Positions 22,506 to 34,869 of a DNA stretch of 64,000 nucleotides are shown here, one piece after another; position 1 is the first letter of the stretch, and each line of letters starts with the position of its first letter. Made by a program: the position numbers and the translations under genes. The notes beneath the pieces are model-generated. The model did not search any database, was not told the DNA's origin, and worked only from the letters and a program-made list of their open reading frames with translations. Origin of the DNA: Epithemia pelagica (taxonomy: Eukaryota; Protista; Bacillariophyta); the NCBI GenBank assembly GCA_946965045.2, contig OX337240.1, positions 1,736,001 to 1,800,000 on the forward strand, in the 5' to 3' direction.

Positions 22506-25500
22506 ATGACGACACCATCCGTACGACACGATGCAACTCTACCACCACCACCACCACCACCTCCCCCACCATTACCACCAGATGCTCCAGTTACGAGTCA
22601 TTTCTATCATCTTTCGCCGAGTTTGAAACTGGAATTCATCAATGAGGTACCATTGGCTTCGTCGACAACGACGACCACACAATCTACTACGACTACTTCG
22701 ACGATGCAACATGTCATGGATCCACACCAGGGAGTGACGTGTCTGGTGTTGACCAACTTTTCGGGTCGCATGGTCGTTCATCGAACCACCACCACACCAT
22801 CCTTGTGGTCGCCTCCAATACCTGCCGAATCGACCCCAGTCGTCGTCCACAGGGACAAGTGCACGTCTGTTCCAGCAACGAGTGCCCATCCTTCCATGAC
22901 ACTGCAACAACACTCGTCGTCGTCGTTTTACTCCACCAGAAACAAGGACGACGAAAGAGAGGGACGACCATCCAAGGAGGAGAAGGAGAACCACTACTGG
23001 CCGAACCAAGAGGGACAGAAACAAGAAGAAGAACAAAAAGACGGTCATGATTGGGACCACGTACAAGAGGAGGATGAAGAGGCAGCTCTTTCCGATGTCA
23101 CGCCATCGGGCGATACATCCACACTCTCGGAGACTGAGGTGGTGAGAAATTCTCGTGCTCGTGGATATCACAATGACGAACAAATTGCTCTTTTACCAGA
23201 ATCCAGACAACGACGACGACGACGACGACAGGGACAAAAACGACAACGACGACAAGGTTCATCCGTCGTGTCGTCCTCGCAAACACTTGTAAAAACACCC
23301 AAATCGGGGACTCGAACACTGAATCGATTGGGATCGGTCGACAGCACCACAGATGAACCCTTGTTTTCTCCTCGTCTCCCACAACAACCACAACACCCTC
23401 CTGGTCCATGGTTGCCCCAGCCACCACCATCGTCTTCGTCGTCAAAGCTTACTGCTGTCGCCACACCCCGTGTCAGTCCTCCTCCCACCACCAACAACAG
23501 CATTTCTTCATCCATCCGGAATCCCCTGTTGCGTGACCTCAAATCATCGTCGTCTTCTGGTAGAGCAGGAGGGATTATCAAAAAGGTGCTCAATATTAAC
23601 CGTGTCAAACAATCCATCCCGGAAGACATTCGTCTCAAACGACGATCTCTTTTGGCGTATCCTCCTCCAACACAGAGCACTATCTTGGCTCATGTCAATG
23701 TTGCGGCCGTCACCGAGGTGGTGACGAGCACCACTGGTACGAGAAGTAGTAGTAGTGGCAGGCTCCGAAACAACATTCGTCACAATGATCCTCCCACACC
23801 CTTGCACGAACTGTGTGCTCGATCGTATGTCACCTTGGAAGAATTGTGGGACTGCAACAACCGATATCCCCATGCCCTTCGCGTACAAGACTCACGTGGC
23901 CGATATCCCCTTCACATTTTGTCCGAAAATGAAACCCTCCTCGCAACTTCTCCCAATGCGGGGCAACAAACGGCCACTGTCTTTTGCAATCACTTGATGA
24001 ATGAATTTCCCACTGCCATTTTGGTTCCGGATTGCAATGGATATTTGCCATTTTTTAGTATCGTGTCCGATTGGCTGGATTGGGCCCATGATCAACAAAA
24101 ACTGTCCCGAGACGACTATACGGCGCGGTCCGATTTGGACGCCGATAAACCCATGTTTTATCCGGGTGGTTCTAGTTCTGGCCGATTGTGGTTCCCCCGA
24201 GTCGAAATGTGGGAAGAAGTGGAATGGTGCTTTGCCATGTTGTCGACCGAAATGGATGTCCTGGGTCGCAATGCGACACTGCCCACCTATCAACAGGCAC
24301 AACGATCGTCGGTAGACAAGAAGAAGAGAATGTCGATTGATCGGAAAGGAGATGAACGAACAAACTTGGTAGAAAGCTTGATTCATCGTCTTCCACGCCT
24401 CTTGCCAACCGTCTTGTTGGTAGAAGATGATGGTGTCGATTCTCGTCTTCGAGCACTCGAAATGACCATTTTTCGACGAATCCTACTCTGCCCCGAAATG
24501 GTGGGAATGTGGCTGATTGACATGCTCAACTACGGTGGTATTCCAGCCCAACGGGCCGTGGATTTCTTATGGATGGTATCCCATACCACCATTGATGATT
24601 ACACGGGTGGGTTTGGTGCTGCCTTGAGACGCGATTGGACCAATTTTGAAACCTCCCGTCAAACCGTGTTTGATGAAGTCAGTGAGTTGAAAGGAATTGT
24701 CGCAACCTTGGTTACCTTGTCGGCCAAGGAAATGGAACGGGCCTCGTCGACCCCTGTGATTTGGCATTCCATGGGAAACAAATTGAGTCGACCCTTTGTT
24801 CTCGGCTTGGTACTGATTGATTTAGTCTTGCACATTACCCTCATGTTCACCTTTCGCAATACAGCGGGTGTCCAACCTCCGTTGCCAGATCATGGTCAAA
24901 AAGGTACGTGTTCGATGATTCTTGTCTCCATGATACAGTTGAAGTCGCTTCGTCTTCGATTGTCTTGTTGATGATATATGCGTTGCTGTGGTTTTCTTTG
25001 TTCACTACTTTGCAGTCCTCGTCTCGGAGAGTATCATCTATGTTGTGTGTATACATTACTTGATTCGTTCAGTGAGCGAGGCGTGGGCAATGTGGGCAGT
25101 CTCGACACGAGCCTGGAAAGGCTATATTCTGAACATGTGGAACATTTTTGGTTTCAACGCTATTCTGTTGACATTGATCACAACCTTTCTCATTGGACAC
25201 GACGAGAAATCGAGAAATGGATTAGATGCCTTCATAGTGGGATTGCTATGGATCAAAGTGTTGGCCTTCCTCAAAGTGGTAAACAAGGATATGGCAACTT
25301 TCATCATGGCCTTGTCACAAATTCTGTACGACATTCGGTTTTTCTTGCTTGTTCTGGGAGTGTGTGTATTCATGTTTGGAGATATGTTTCACATTGCGCT
25401 TCTCGGTGAAGATCGCGAAATGTACTGCAGCCCTAATCCACTGAGATATGGCGCAACAGCGGACTTTTGCAGTTCGTCGTGGGCCTCGTACCTTCGACTT

Positions 25501-26616
25501 TATGTACGTGAATGATGATTGCTTCAAATGGATATGATCGTTTCGTCACATCCCTTACAAGAACCTTTTTCAATCAGGCTATTCTGTTGGGGGATATCAC
25601 ATTGGAACAACTGACTGCCACATCAGGGACCACGATTCTCTTTGTCATTTTTACCCTGTTTGGAGTCATTATTTTGTTGAATGTATTGATTGCTATCATA
25701 TCAGATTCCTATGAGAAGGCAACCTTACGTGGTCAGGTACTATTTGCAAGGGCCAGGGTCATGTTTGTCGCACAGAACGAGTCACTCGAAAGATTTTTGA
25801 AACCACGTCTTCGCCATCGCCAACAACACCAGCAACAAGAACCAACTCACCCTCTTTCTGCCGAAGAACGATATGTTGCAGCTTGGAATCGAATGAAAAG
25901 AATAGGTCGTTGGTTGGTGTTGACGGCAGTTCTCGGCACAGCGCTGTTTACTGAAGCATGGCTGGTAGCGACATTTGCATCACTGTTGCGATCATACAAG
26001 TCCAAACACTTGATTTATTGTCTCGTTAGTAAGTGTGGCTTTCTTCCATGGGCTTATGATTCGGGTATCGCGACCGATCTTCTCACCTTCATTATCATCT
26101 CATTTTTTAGCTTTTTTCCTTGGCGTAGTGCTGGCATGCTCCTTGTGGGTTGTTGCAACCTATTTATTGGGTGATATCTTTCAATGGTTGCTTCCAAACC
26201 AAACGCAATATCACGACGCGTTCGATGGGGTTGTAGGGCAGTTCAACAATGCATGGGTTCGAACCATCTCCTGTCTCTTGTTTGGTCTGGAACGGGAGGT
26301 GGTTGGATTTGTCCCCTCGTCCGAATCTGCTGATGCCTCATCACCGGACCACGAATGGACAGGCCGTCTCAACTATATGGTCAATGCATTGGACGATGCT
26401 GTGGCAGACGTGAAACAAAATCTCAAATCAGAAATTATGGACCTTAAGTCGGTACGTTTGCTCGTTGTGATTTCCGTGTATACTTGGTGGTTTCCGCCAC
26501 ACTCTATCAATGAAGGAGTGTTGAACTAGCGCGCCGTTTTGCGTCACATCTCTTTCTCACAGCTTGAGGGTATCGTGCTGTGGATATGGTGTTTGGAACC
26601 AATGACAGGTATTTGA
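22506..26616 (+). CDS. Ankyrin-like repeat + TRP-type cation channel, paralogue 2 (about 1243 aa, 5 exons)
   Basis: Exons 22506-24903, 25016-25503, 25578-26028, 26111-26451, 26563-26616, with consistent phases. TPLHELC...DSRGRYPLHIL, filter LLGD, S6 LLNVLIAIISDSYEK. Last exon least certain. Confidence 0.88.
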
Positions 26617-27555
26617 CAAAGACCATGAGGCCATACGTTCTTGATGATCATTTGTTTGCTATCATCAGGAGGAGGCTAGCTTTTTTGATGGAATAACGGA
26701 CTTGGCTCTGTGGTTAAGAGGTACAGTGACCTAATGAGTTCACTCATCGCCATCAAAAACTTTGTACATCCCATGAAACTCGAATCTCTGGGTGTACTCA
26801 ATGTCATTGTTGTATAGTGCTCGTTGTTGTTCCCACCAGAACCAGAGAAGAGATATGGGGACACTAGGATTCCTTGGTTTGCTCGCTTTCTCGCCATGAG
26901 AGAGGAACGGAACGATCGACGAGAGAGCGAGGGCAAACTCTGGAAATCATGTTTGTCTCAACATATGCAGCAAAAGCCACATATTTGCAGTTCTCAAGGG
27001 TGCGTTCATACGACAATGCTGCGATTCTTCCTTCCCCTCCTAGTGACGGCTACAAAAGTCCCTAGCGTGTGACTGGAAGAGAAAGAGAGAGACCGCATAT
27101 ACACATAAAACAGAACGAGAAGGTGGAATGGTCATCAACTCCGTTTCTTTTAGTAGTATACACAACATGGAGCGGCAAAAAAAGCCGCATTCAATTGCGA
27201 GCAAACGTTCCATGTTTTATCTTGCCTTGCGTTGCTCTCGTTCTGGTATGGTGGTGAATGTGAATCGAGGTGGTATTTCAAAATCTTTGACCATCCCATT
27301 CACAACAGGGAATCGGAAGCACTTTGTGCGTTTGTATCTGCAAAGGCATATCAAGTTTGTTTGCATGTCGTCGCGTTGTGCTGCTGCTCTGGTGATTCCA
27401 CGCTTTCGTGATGACTGTATCGCAAATATGTACTGGTGGTGGTGGTTCCTTTTTCTCTTGCTGCTTCTTGTGGCCCTTTCTGTTGTTCCATTGCGTTACT
27501 CAACACAAACCACGGACGCGAGAGTTTCAATGTTCCATCCAGATTTTGAATCCTT

Positions 27556-28917
27556 TTACTTGCTGTTGTGAGGAGGATCTTTGGGTTTCTTGTCCGACGA
27601 TGATGCATCCTCATTCGATTGTTGTTGTTGTTGCGCTTCCCAGAGTTCCAGAGCCTTGTGAGCGACGGCATGAGCTGTTTTGGGAACATGAGCGGCAATC
27701 CGTTGTCCGGTTGATACCGTCCGATGCGCCCAATCTCCTCCATGCTCGTACAGCCATACGGTATTGGATTGCAACTGAGATCCAATTTTAAGTCCAAAGG
27801 CATGGGTTCGTATGCCCCAATGCCAAGCCGCCTGCGACCAACGAGGCCAAACCGACGAGGATTCGGCGGTACCATTGGGGGAAGGTGGAAACAAATTCGA
27901 CAAGGCTGCCGTAAACGGACCAAAGAAGGAACGACGATTGTTGTTGTTGGCGGAGGAGGTAAGGGCATTCTCATTCTGTTCCTTGTTGTCGTTATCGCCC
28001 GTCAATTGTGGTTGAGCATTCCAATCGTTGGTGCCGGTATTCGCTTGGCCGTTGGTTTGGCTGCTTGTGGCAGCACTGCTTTCGAGCAAAAACATAATTT
28101 TTTGTTGCAAGCCTACTTGAACACATGTAACGGATGTATCATTGGCCAAATCGACTTGTCGATGCGATACCAAGGCATGATTGTAGGGTGCCACGGCGAC
28201 AATTCGTGTTTGACCGGTCGGTACATGAGTCAATTGCAAACATTCGACTTCGGTGGAACCATAGGCCTGCCAGGATTCGTACACAATGGCTGTCGAGGAA
28301 GAAGACGAAGAAGGATAGAACAAGTCATCGACAGCATTTGCGTCCACTGCCATGTCGTCGTTGGATGGGGATTTGTCTCCATCCTCTTTTTTGTCCGAAG
28401 CCTGCACTAGTGGTGAACTAGAGTTCTTCTTGTTCTGTTGTTGTTGTTGTTGTTGTTTGGGATTGTGGCGATATACCAAAGCAGGATTGGCTTGCGAATC
28501 TTCCAACAAGGCTTGCACGGCTTCACTATGATGACTGTGATCGTCCACAACACCCGAATGATCGGACGATGCCGAAGGATTGGACGAGGATTCATCCATG
28601 AGCATGGCATCTTCTTGTGTTGCGGTGGCTGTGGCAGCCGAAGTGAATTGATCAATGGCCGCTTGTGGTGATGATGCCAAGGGAAAATCCATCAAATGTT
28701 CCATATTCGATTGCAATCCACGACAGGTTCCGACACTGCCCGGTGTATCGGTCGAAACCGAAAACATTCCTTGACAGGAATAGCGATAGACACTGGGCAA
28801 AAATACCTGCCGAGCTTGCGCCGAAGGACGGAACCGATGATGATCGTTCCACAATGGGTTTCCGTCCTTGTCACCATTGTTGTTGCTGTTATTATTATTG
28901 CCACCGACAACTGTCAT
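27556..28917 (-). CDS. Hypothetical protein (453 aa), no family recognised
   Basis: Long ORF with N/Q/S low-complexity tracts like neighbouring genes, plus a globular-looking core (YESWQAYG...LLES) and an amphipathic C-terminal segment. Confidence 0.6.
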   Translation of the reverse strand: MTVVGGNNNNSNNNGDKDGNPLWNDHHRFRPSAQARQVFLPSVYRYSCQGMFSVSTDTPGSVGTCRGLQSNMEHLMDFPLASSPQAAIDQFTSAATATATQEDAMLMDESSSNPSASSDHSGVVDDHSHHSEAVQALLEDSQANPALVYRHNPKQQQQQQQNKKNSSSPLVQASDKKEDGDKSPSNDDMAVDANAVDDLFYPSSSSSSTAIVYESWQAYGSTEVECLQLTHVPTGQTRIVAVAPYNHALVSHRQVDLANDTSVTCVQVGLQQKIMFLLESSAATSSQTNGQANTGTNDWNAQPQLTGDNDNKEQNENALTSSANNNNRRSFFGPFTAALSNLFPPSPNGTAESSSVWPRWSQAAWHWGIRTHAFGLKIGSQLQSNTVWLYEHGGDWAHRTVSTGQRIAAHVPKTAHAVAHKALELWEAQQQQQSNEDASSSDKKPKDPPHNSK

Positions 28918-29568
28918 GATAAAAGAAACTCTCTGTAGTTCTCAGGCACGAAACTGGTCTTTCGTGTGTGTTTGTAGACTTCTGTTTGATTGCAGTAGGT
29001 ACAAGCTTAAGCTTTTGCCAGCCACCGCTTTGGTATCACCTCGTTTCACTCTCGTTCCAAACCTACTCAAGGTAGTTTCGGTTGTTGTTGTTGCCGACGA
29101 GAGTATAGGAACAAAGCAGACCCAGAACAGATGATGGAAACAATCAATCTTGTCGTCTCTCGAGAATGTTTTCGACTTCTCGTTTCTGCTTCAGATGGAC
29201 TGCCTGTTTCTTGTTTCTGGTTTCTGTCACTTTTTTGCGTGCGTTGTTGTTCTCTGTTCGCTCTTCTCCGTGGTAGCTATCTATACTACCCCTCCCCTCA
29301 CTTTTCGTACCGTCTCCTCTAGTTCTTGTGTACTCTAGGGCCTCAACGGCATGGGAGATGGGATTATTCAAAGCCTGTCTACTCCTTTACTAGATACCTA
29401 GATTGTCAATTATCTTCTATTGGAGAACAAGAGCCATCTCTCATTTCCTGTGGGCTAGTATTTGGGTCGAAGCAGAAAAAGAGGTCACCAACCAAATTCA
29501 ATGGTGTCACGAAAGCAGCAATGCTTTGTCTTACCCAGAACCGCTCATCGTTTGCATTGTGGTTCTCT

Positions 29569-30987
29569 TCATACATGCTTTTTGGTAGTTCCGACCGCAG
29601 CCGCAGCAGTGCCCGTCGTTCGTGATGTTTTGTAGTAATTTCCATATTCCAAACCCAGATAGTAGGCGGGCCACCAGAGTAACAACACTTGGGGAATCCC
29701 GACTGCGGCGGAAAAGAGTGCCGGTGCTGGACACAAGCCGACCAAACTCCATCCCAAACCAAAACAAGTCGATCCAACCATCAAATCGGCATCAATGGTC
29801 CGATTGGTGGGAATGTGAAACTCCTCGTCGGGGAGGACTGCCAACAGGGGCTTGTCCAATTGGGGGACACATCCACACAAACTGGGACGTTGTCGTTGTG
29901 TCGTCGATGCCATGGACAGTCGGCTGCTTCGTCGTCTCTCTGCCGTCGTGGCAGTGTCCACGGTGGCTACCGTTTTGTCGTCTTGATCGTCGTCTTGGTC
30001 GCCGTCTTGGAGTATGTCTTTTTCGTTCAAGAGTGGTTCTGGGATAACGGGAGGAGGACATGCGGGTACGACATTGTATCCTTCAATAAACTGGTAGCTT
30101 ACAAAACTCACCAGGACACCACCGCCCATGACAAACAAGAGGGTAGAATCCCAAGTTCCCTTGGCAATGTTGCTCATGTTCTAAAAGGCCATGACGGTTG
30201 CCGGATTGTTCATGCCACTCCAAAACAAACAAAGAGCAAAGAGCGAACCAGCCACCATGCCGGGAAGAATCTTACTCCAGCCTTCTCCCACTTGTTGCTG
30301 GCCTTTTGTGGCAATGGTTGTGGCATAGAGCACAAACATGGTCAACAGGGCGGTCGAGAACCGAACGAATTGAGACGTGCAGGGAAAGAGCTCTGTCGAC
30401 CAGAATTGCGGTTCTGGGTCATTCTCAATCGCCATTTCCGTCTTGTTGCTCAATGAGAGACGTTCGAAAAAGGATGGCCGCAAAAAGTCTTGATTGCCCA
30501 AGTCCAGGACGGTTCCAACAATGGCGGTGACCATAAAGGTCATGACCGCCGTGAAAGATCGAGGACTCATACGTCCCAATCCACATATTCCATGTCCTGA
30601 CGTACAACCATTGCCCAGTTTGGTTCCAAATCCCACCCACAATCCACCAATGATATAGGCCAATGCCGGACGACTGTTGGCGGCCGTTTGAATGACAGAG
30701 GCAATGCTTGTTGGTTGACCCTCACCAGGCGCATAAAAGTACTGAATCAATTGAGATACCACAAGAAAGGTCAAGACAAAGACCATTTTCCAGTGTTGAG
30801 CAGGGTTGTTGACATTCTTGGAGAGAGGATGATTCAAGAGGAGAGAATTTACAATACCAGATGATCCCATAATTTCTCCGGAAAACAGCAATAAAATAGC
30901 AGCCGAGAGTCCAATGAGAGTGCCTCCTACGAGACCTTGGCAGTTCATCAGAACTGATTTGGATGCGTCGATGAAGGATTCGGCCAT
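29569..30987 (-). CDS. YeeE/YedE (sulfur/thiosulfate transport) family fused two-module membrane protein, interrupted by in-frame TAG at 30181-30183
   Basis: GGTLIGLSAA, GTKLGNGCTSGHGICG, GMNNPATVMAF*NM...WDSTLLFVMGGG and GSTCFGLGWSLVGLCPAPA are YeeE/YedE signatures. The two ORFs are in the same frame. Confidence 0.88.
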
Positions 30988-32907
30988 TTTGACGATGAGA
31001 AGTAGAAGTTGTTGAGTTGTTGAAAGAATCGTTGTCTTGTGCAATCGTTTGATGTTTGCTGTTAGTTCTTTTTTGTGAGACAATCGCCAAGAGAGCGGTG
31101 ATGATTGAAGATGTCAATCACAAAGAATGGCCTCTTTCTTTGTATCTGGGAACAAATTCGAAGTTTTCGGATAAAAACGTTACCCCGCCTCCTTGACCTG
31201 TACACTTTGTTGTACACTCCAAGCTTCCAAAAGGCTTCTTCGTCCGAGGGTTCTTGACGCAAGCCCCTGCGAGCCAGCATGCACTCGAAAGGAGCATCCT
31301 GCAGAACTGCAACCTGCAACACGAAATCATCACAACCATGGCGCCCACAATGGTTCATCTGCAACGCTGTTGGTTTCCATCTGACGCTCCGAACACTTTT
31401 CATTTGTACTGGTCACAAGCAACAGGACAAACAGTTCTCCGAGGATGTATGAATAATGGACAAAAAGGGTGCTGAACTGTGAACCATCCATGGCTCCATT
31501 GTGTGCTCGCTCCATCCTTCTTGCTGCCAAGCATACGGTAGAATCTCAAAAGGGTTTTCTCCACGAGGACGGACGAAATGAAGTCGGATTGCGTACTGGA
31601 GCTGCACAAACCCCAAAGTTCATGTCATTGATCGAAAGAGAGCACTGGCACCATGACCGAGACAATTGCAATACGGCGCTCGAGTCCGAACGAAACAAGA
31701 GGTTTGACAGGGGCCAATCACAACAAGAGCGATGGACCACGCATCCATCATTCACTCAAAACGTGTAGTGTGGGAGGAGGTCTTGTGAAAGGTTTTGGCA
31801 AACAATATCTTCTTTTGATCGCACCGATCCTCTTTTATGCATGACGGAACGAGGGTAGTTGCGCAGTGTCGATTCGTCCACTGGATTCGGAAACTTTCAC
31901 CTTCCACCAATACCCATGACAAATCACCGCACAAACCATGGAGGCATTGACAGGGATAGGACAACAAGCCTGAACCTGACAAAGTGGCTAAAGAAAAGCG
32001 TACCAAGAGCACAGTCATGAGAGAAAAGAACCGACGCGCGCAAGTCGTTTGCCGAATCTCCAAGCAACCCACATCTCCATATATAGATATATATATCAGG
32101 AAATCATTGGAATATCACTCAACTAATGAAAAACATTCTCAGGAAATGGATAGCGCTTGATTTGGATTTCATCCTTTATATATACCATCATGCAGGTTGC
32201 TTGGAAGAAGGAAGGGACAGACGGCGGCTCCTTGGAACCTTTTTTCTACATTGCGCACTTACCAGCCACACTTGGAATTATTCGTCACGTAGTTATAGGA
32301 GATTCTCTTCTTGCCTGCCATGACGTTCGAGTGGGTTGTTCATTCAGTCGTCTCATCCAGAGACTCGTCTGGGACGTTCCGTCGCAGTATACCATGTGTT
32401 CCTGTTGGATAGTTGTTCAAGCTGATCATCACAAGATAGGTACAACCTTAGCCACAAGAATATCGACTTAAGAACTCAGCAATCAGATGGAGTTGGAGGA
32501 CGGGGATCATTGTCCCACACCAACAACGAACACAACGACCATCACTTGTGTTGGTGCAGCAAAGATCCCTTTCTACGGACGACGGCAGGACGAAAGATCT
32601 GGGGCCAGTTCAGTCACGAATTTCTAGCGAAGCATGCGAAAGTCGAATCTGATGCTTTTGTTTTCTAATAACCTTTCTCAAGGTTTCTTTGTCCCGTATG
32701 CTGGAGATTACATCTCGACTTTCCCGCCCCGGGGCGCACTTGACGCGGAGCAGTGACGTGTTTTCGAAACGAGAGAGATATTGGGAATCGGACCGCGTCA
32801 ACATGGCATAAGTTGCCAATCACAAAGGACAAGTTCACATACAAACAAACAAAAACAGAAAGGCCTTGACTGCGGAGTTTGAATTCATCATTCTTATCAT
32901 CATCATC

Positions 32908-34197
32908 ATGAGGAAAGGACTCGGCACCCAACTGCTCGTACTCTCCAGTTTGCTCCTAGACATTCATGCCTTTGTGGGAGTAGGAGTATTCGTGGAGTCC
33001 CCATTCCATCATCACGTGCGACGACAAGAAGAAGGATTCCCAGCCGAACAATCCAGGAATGTTTGGTTGTTGCACATGGTCAAGAAGGCCAAACGAGGAA
33101 AATTGGCCTCCAACGTGGATGCCACCGCCCTGCCCAAAAAGACACGGAAACCGACCGTTCCAAAATCACGAGTCACTGCTTCGTCGTCGTCCGAACCTGT
33201 CTCTCCACTCTTGGCCGAATGGATGGCCAAGTCCAAGACGACGACGACGGTCGAAACGGACCAACCCAACATGGCATCCTCTCCGGCAAGATCATTGTCG
33301 TCCACCCCGACGGCGTCCTCCTCCTCCTCCTCCTCCACACCCACGTACGAATCGTTTGACACGACGACCATGGCCGACGAACCGGACGATTCGCCAAAAC
33401 GTCGCAAATCCAAGAAACAATCGTCCAAAACAACCAAAAAGAAGAGCAATCCACGACAATTGGCGCAACTCGAACGGGACACTCGTGCGGCGGCACTGGT
33501 ATCGGAACTTATCGAATTGGTGGAACCGACCGACACGACGAGCCAGAAACAAAGAACTTTGGATCTGACTGCCATTTTGGAACGGCTCCAAGAACTCGTG
33601 TCATTGCCCTGGCCGACCGAACCAGCCAAGACACTGTTGGCATCGGCGCGGAGTGCGACGAATCCACGACCGGATTATCGCTTGTTGTGGGTCGGAGGCG
33701 ACACTGCTCTGTGTCATGTCGGGACGGGATTGCACAAGGTTCCCCTGGCACGGTTGCAAGAAGTCTTTGTCTCTTTTCCCGGACGCAATCGAATGGAATG
33801 GCTTGAAGTGATTCGTGTCTTGGGACCCTTTCCCAATGTCAAGAATGTCTTGCAGGGATCAACCACGATTGCCAAGGCATCCTCCATTAACAATAACGAC
33901 AATATGGCGTTGGTGGCCGATCAATGGCAAGTGACTTGGGATTCCATGTTGGATGGGACCGGAAAGGAACTCCTGGCCGGTACGGCGGAAAATATACGAC
34001 AGGTGCCCTTGGATGTGTACTTTTGTTCCAAGGATGTGTTGATCTTGGCCGTCCCGGTACAAGACGACGCCACAACAACCTCCAACCACTTGTCCGTACC
34101 AGAGCGCTGGGGTACCAATGGTTCCAATTTGCTGATCCTGGTCAAGGAAGAAGAGTTGGATGTGAAATTGGAAAAGTATCGTGTGGCTGCGGCATAA
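32908..34197 (+). CDS. Probable plastid-targeted protein of unknown function, possibly PAP/fibrillin-like (copy 1)
   Basis: Hydrophobic signal ending IHA|FV resembles the diatom bipartite A|F cleavage motif, followed by an S/T/K-rich transit-like region. Conserved-looking C-terminal domain DYRLLWVGG...GLHKVPLARLQEVF...GPFPNVKNVL. The fibrillin-like call is only a guess. Confidence 0.7.
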   Translation: MRKGLGTQLLVLSSLLLDIHAFVGVGVFVESPFHHHVRRQEEGFPAEQSRNVWLLHMVKKAKRGKLASNVDATALPKKTRKPTVPKSRVTASSSSEPVSPLLAEWMAKSKTTTTVETDQPNMASSPARSLSSTPTASSSSSSSTPTYESFDTTTMADEPDDSPKRRKSKKQSSKTTKKKSNPRQLAQLERDTRAAALVSELIELVEPTDTTSQKQRTLDLTAILERLQELVSLPWPTEPAKTLLASARSATNPRPDYRLLWVGGDTALCHVGTGLHKVPLARLQEVFVSFPGRNRMEWLEVIRVLGPFPNVKNVLQGSTTIAKASSINNNDNMALVADQWQVTWDSMLDGTGKELLAGTAENIRQVPLDVYFCSKDVLILAVPVQDDATTTSNHLSVPERWGTNGSNLLILVKEEELDVKLEKYRVAAA

Positions 34198-34869
34198 CAC
34201 CCCGCTGCTGCAGTGCGACCCACGCGCTCCACCAAATCCTTCCGTTGGTCGGGGTTTTGGTGCTGGTGGATGCTACTGTACCCTTGCAAAAGCCCCCGAA
34301 ATATCGAAATGGAACACATCCAGTATCATCATGGGGAATCCCTAGACAGGAAACGAATTCATTCTCCCCTTGGCCTCTCTCCAACGCTAGCTAGTAGAGG
34401 TCAACGACAATCCATAATGCCCACTGTTTCCCCATGTAGACAAAGGAAGCAAACGTATCCCTCGAACGTGGGCTTCTTGTATCGTGGTTCCGAGTGTATC
34501 TAGCAGATGCAATAAAAGACTCTGGAGCAAAAGGTCGCTACCTACCTAGACCAACAAGCATGTCACTTGAATATGCTGCAGATTCTTCGTGTCTTCCACA
34601 ACGCCATGCTTTGTACGGTATCAAAGAATGAGATTCAAGAAGCAAAAATAAATTGCTCCATCTTTCGTTCTATTTCTATCCTATATATTATCGGAGTACT
34701 CGTAGCTAGAGGAGGGTAGGTACGGATAGTGAAGCAACTTTTCCGTAGACAAGATAGCTCTCATTTATGCGATCTAAAAGCGATTCCATGAAAGGATCTT
34801 TTGTGCAACCAAAGAAGATCCATGTGCATGTGCCATGTGTATGTGATCATAACCCAACGATTCGTTGCC

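Noticed and set aside
28180-28240. LQLTHVPTG in the orphan gene resembles the release-factor THxPTG motif
   Set aside because: No upstream GGQ motif; likely chance.
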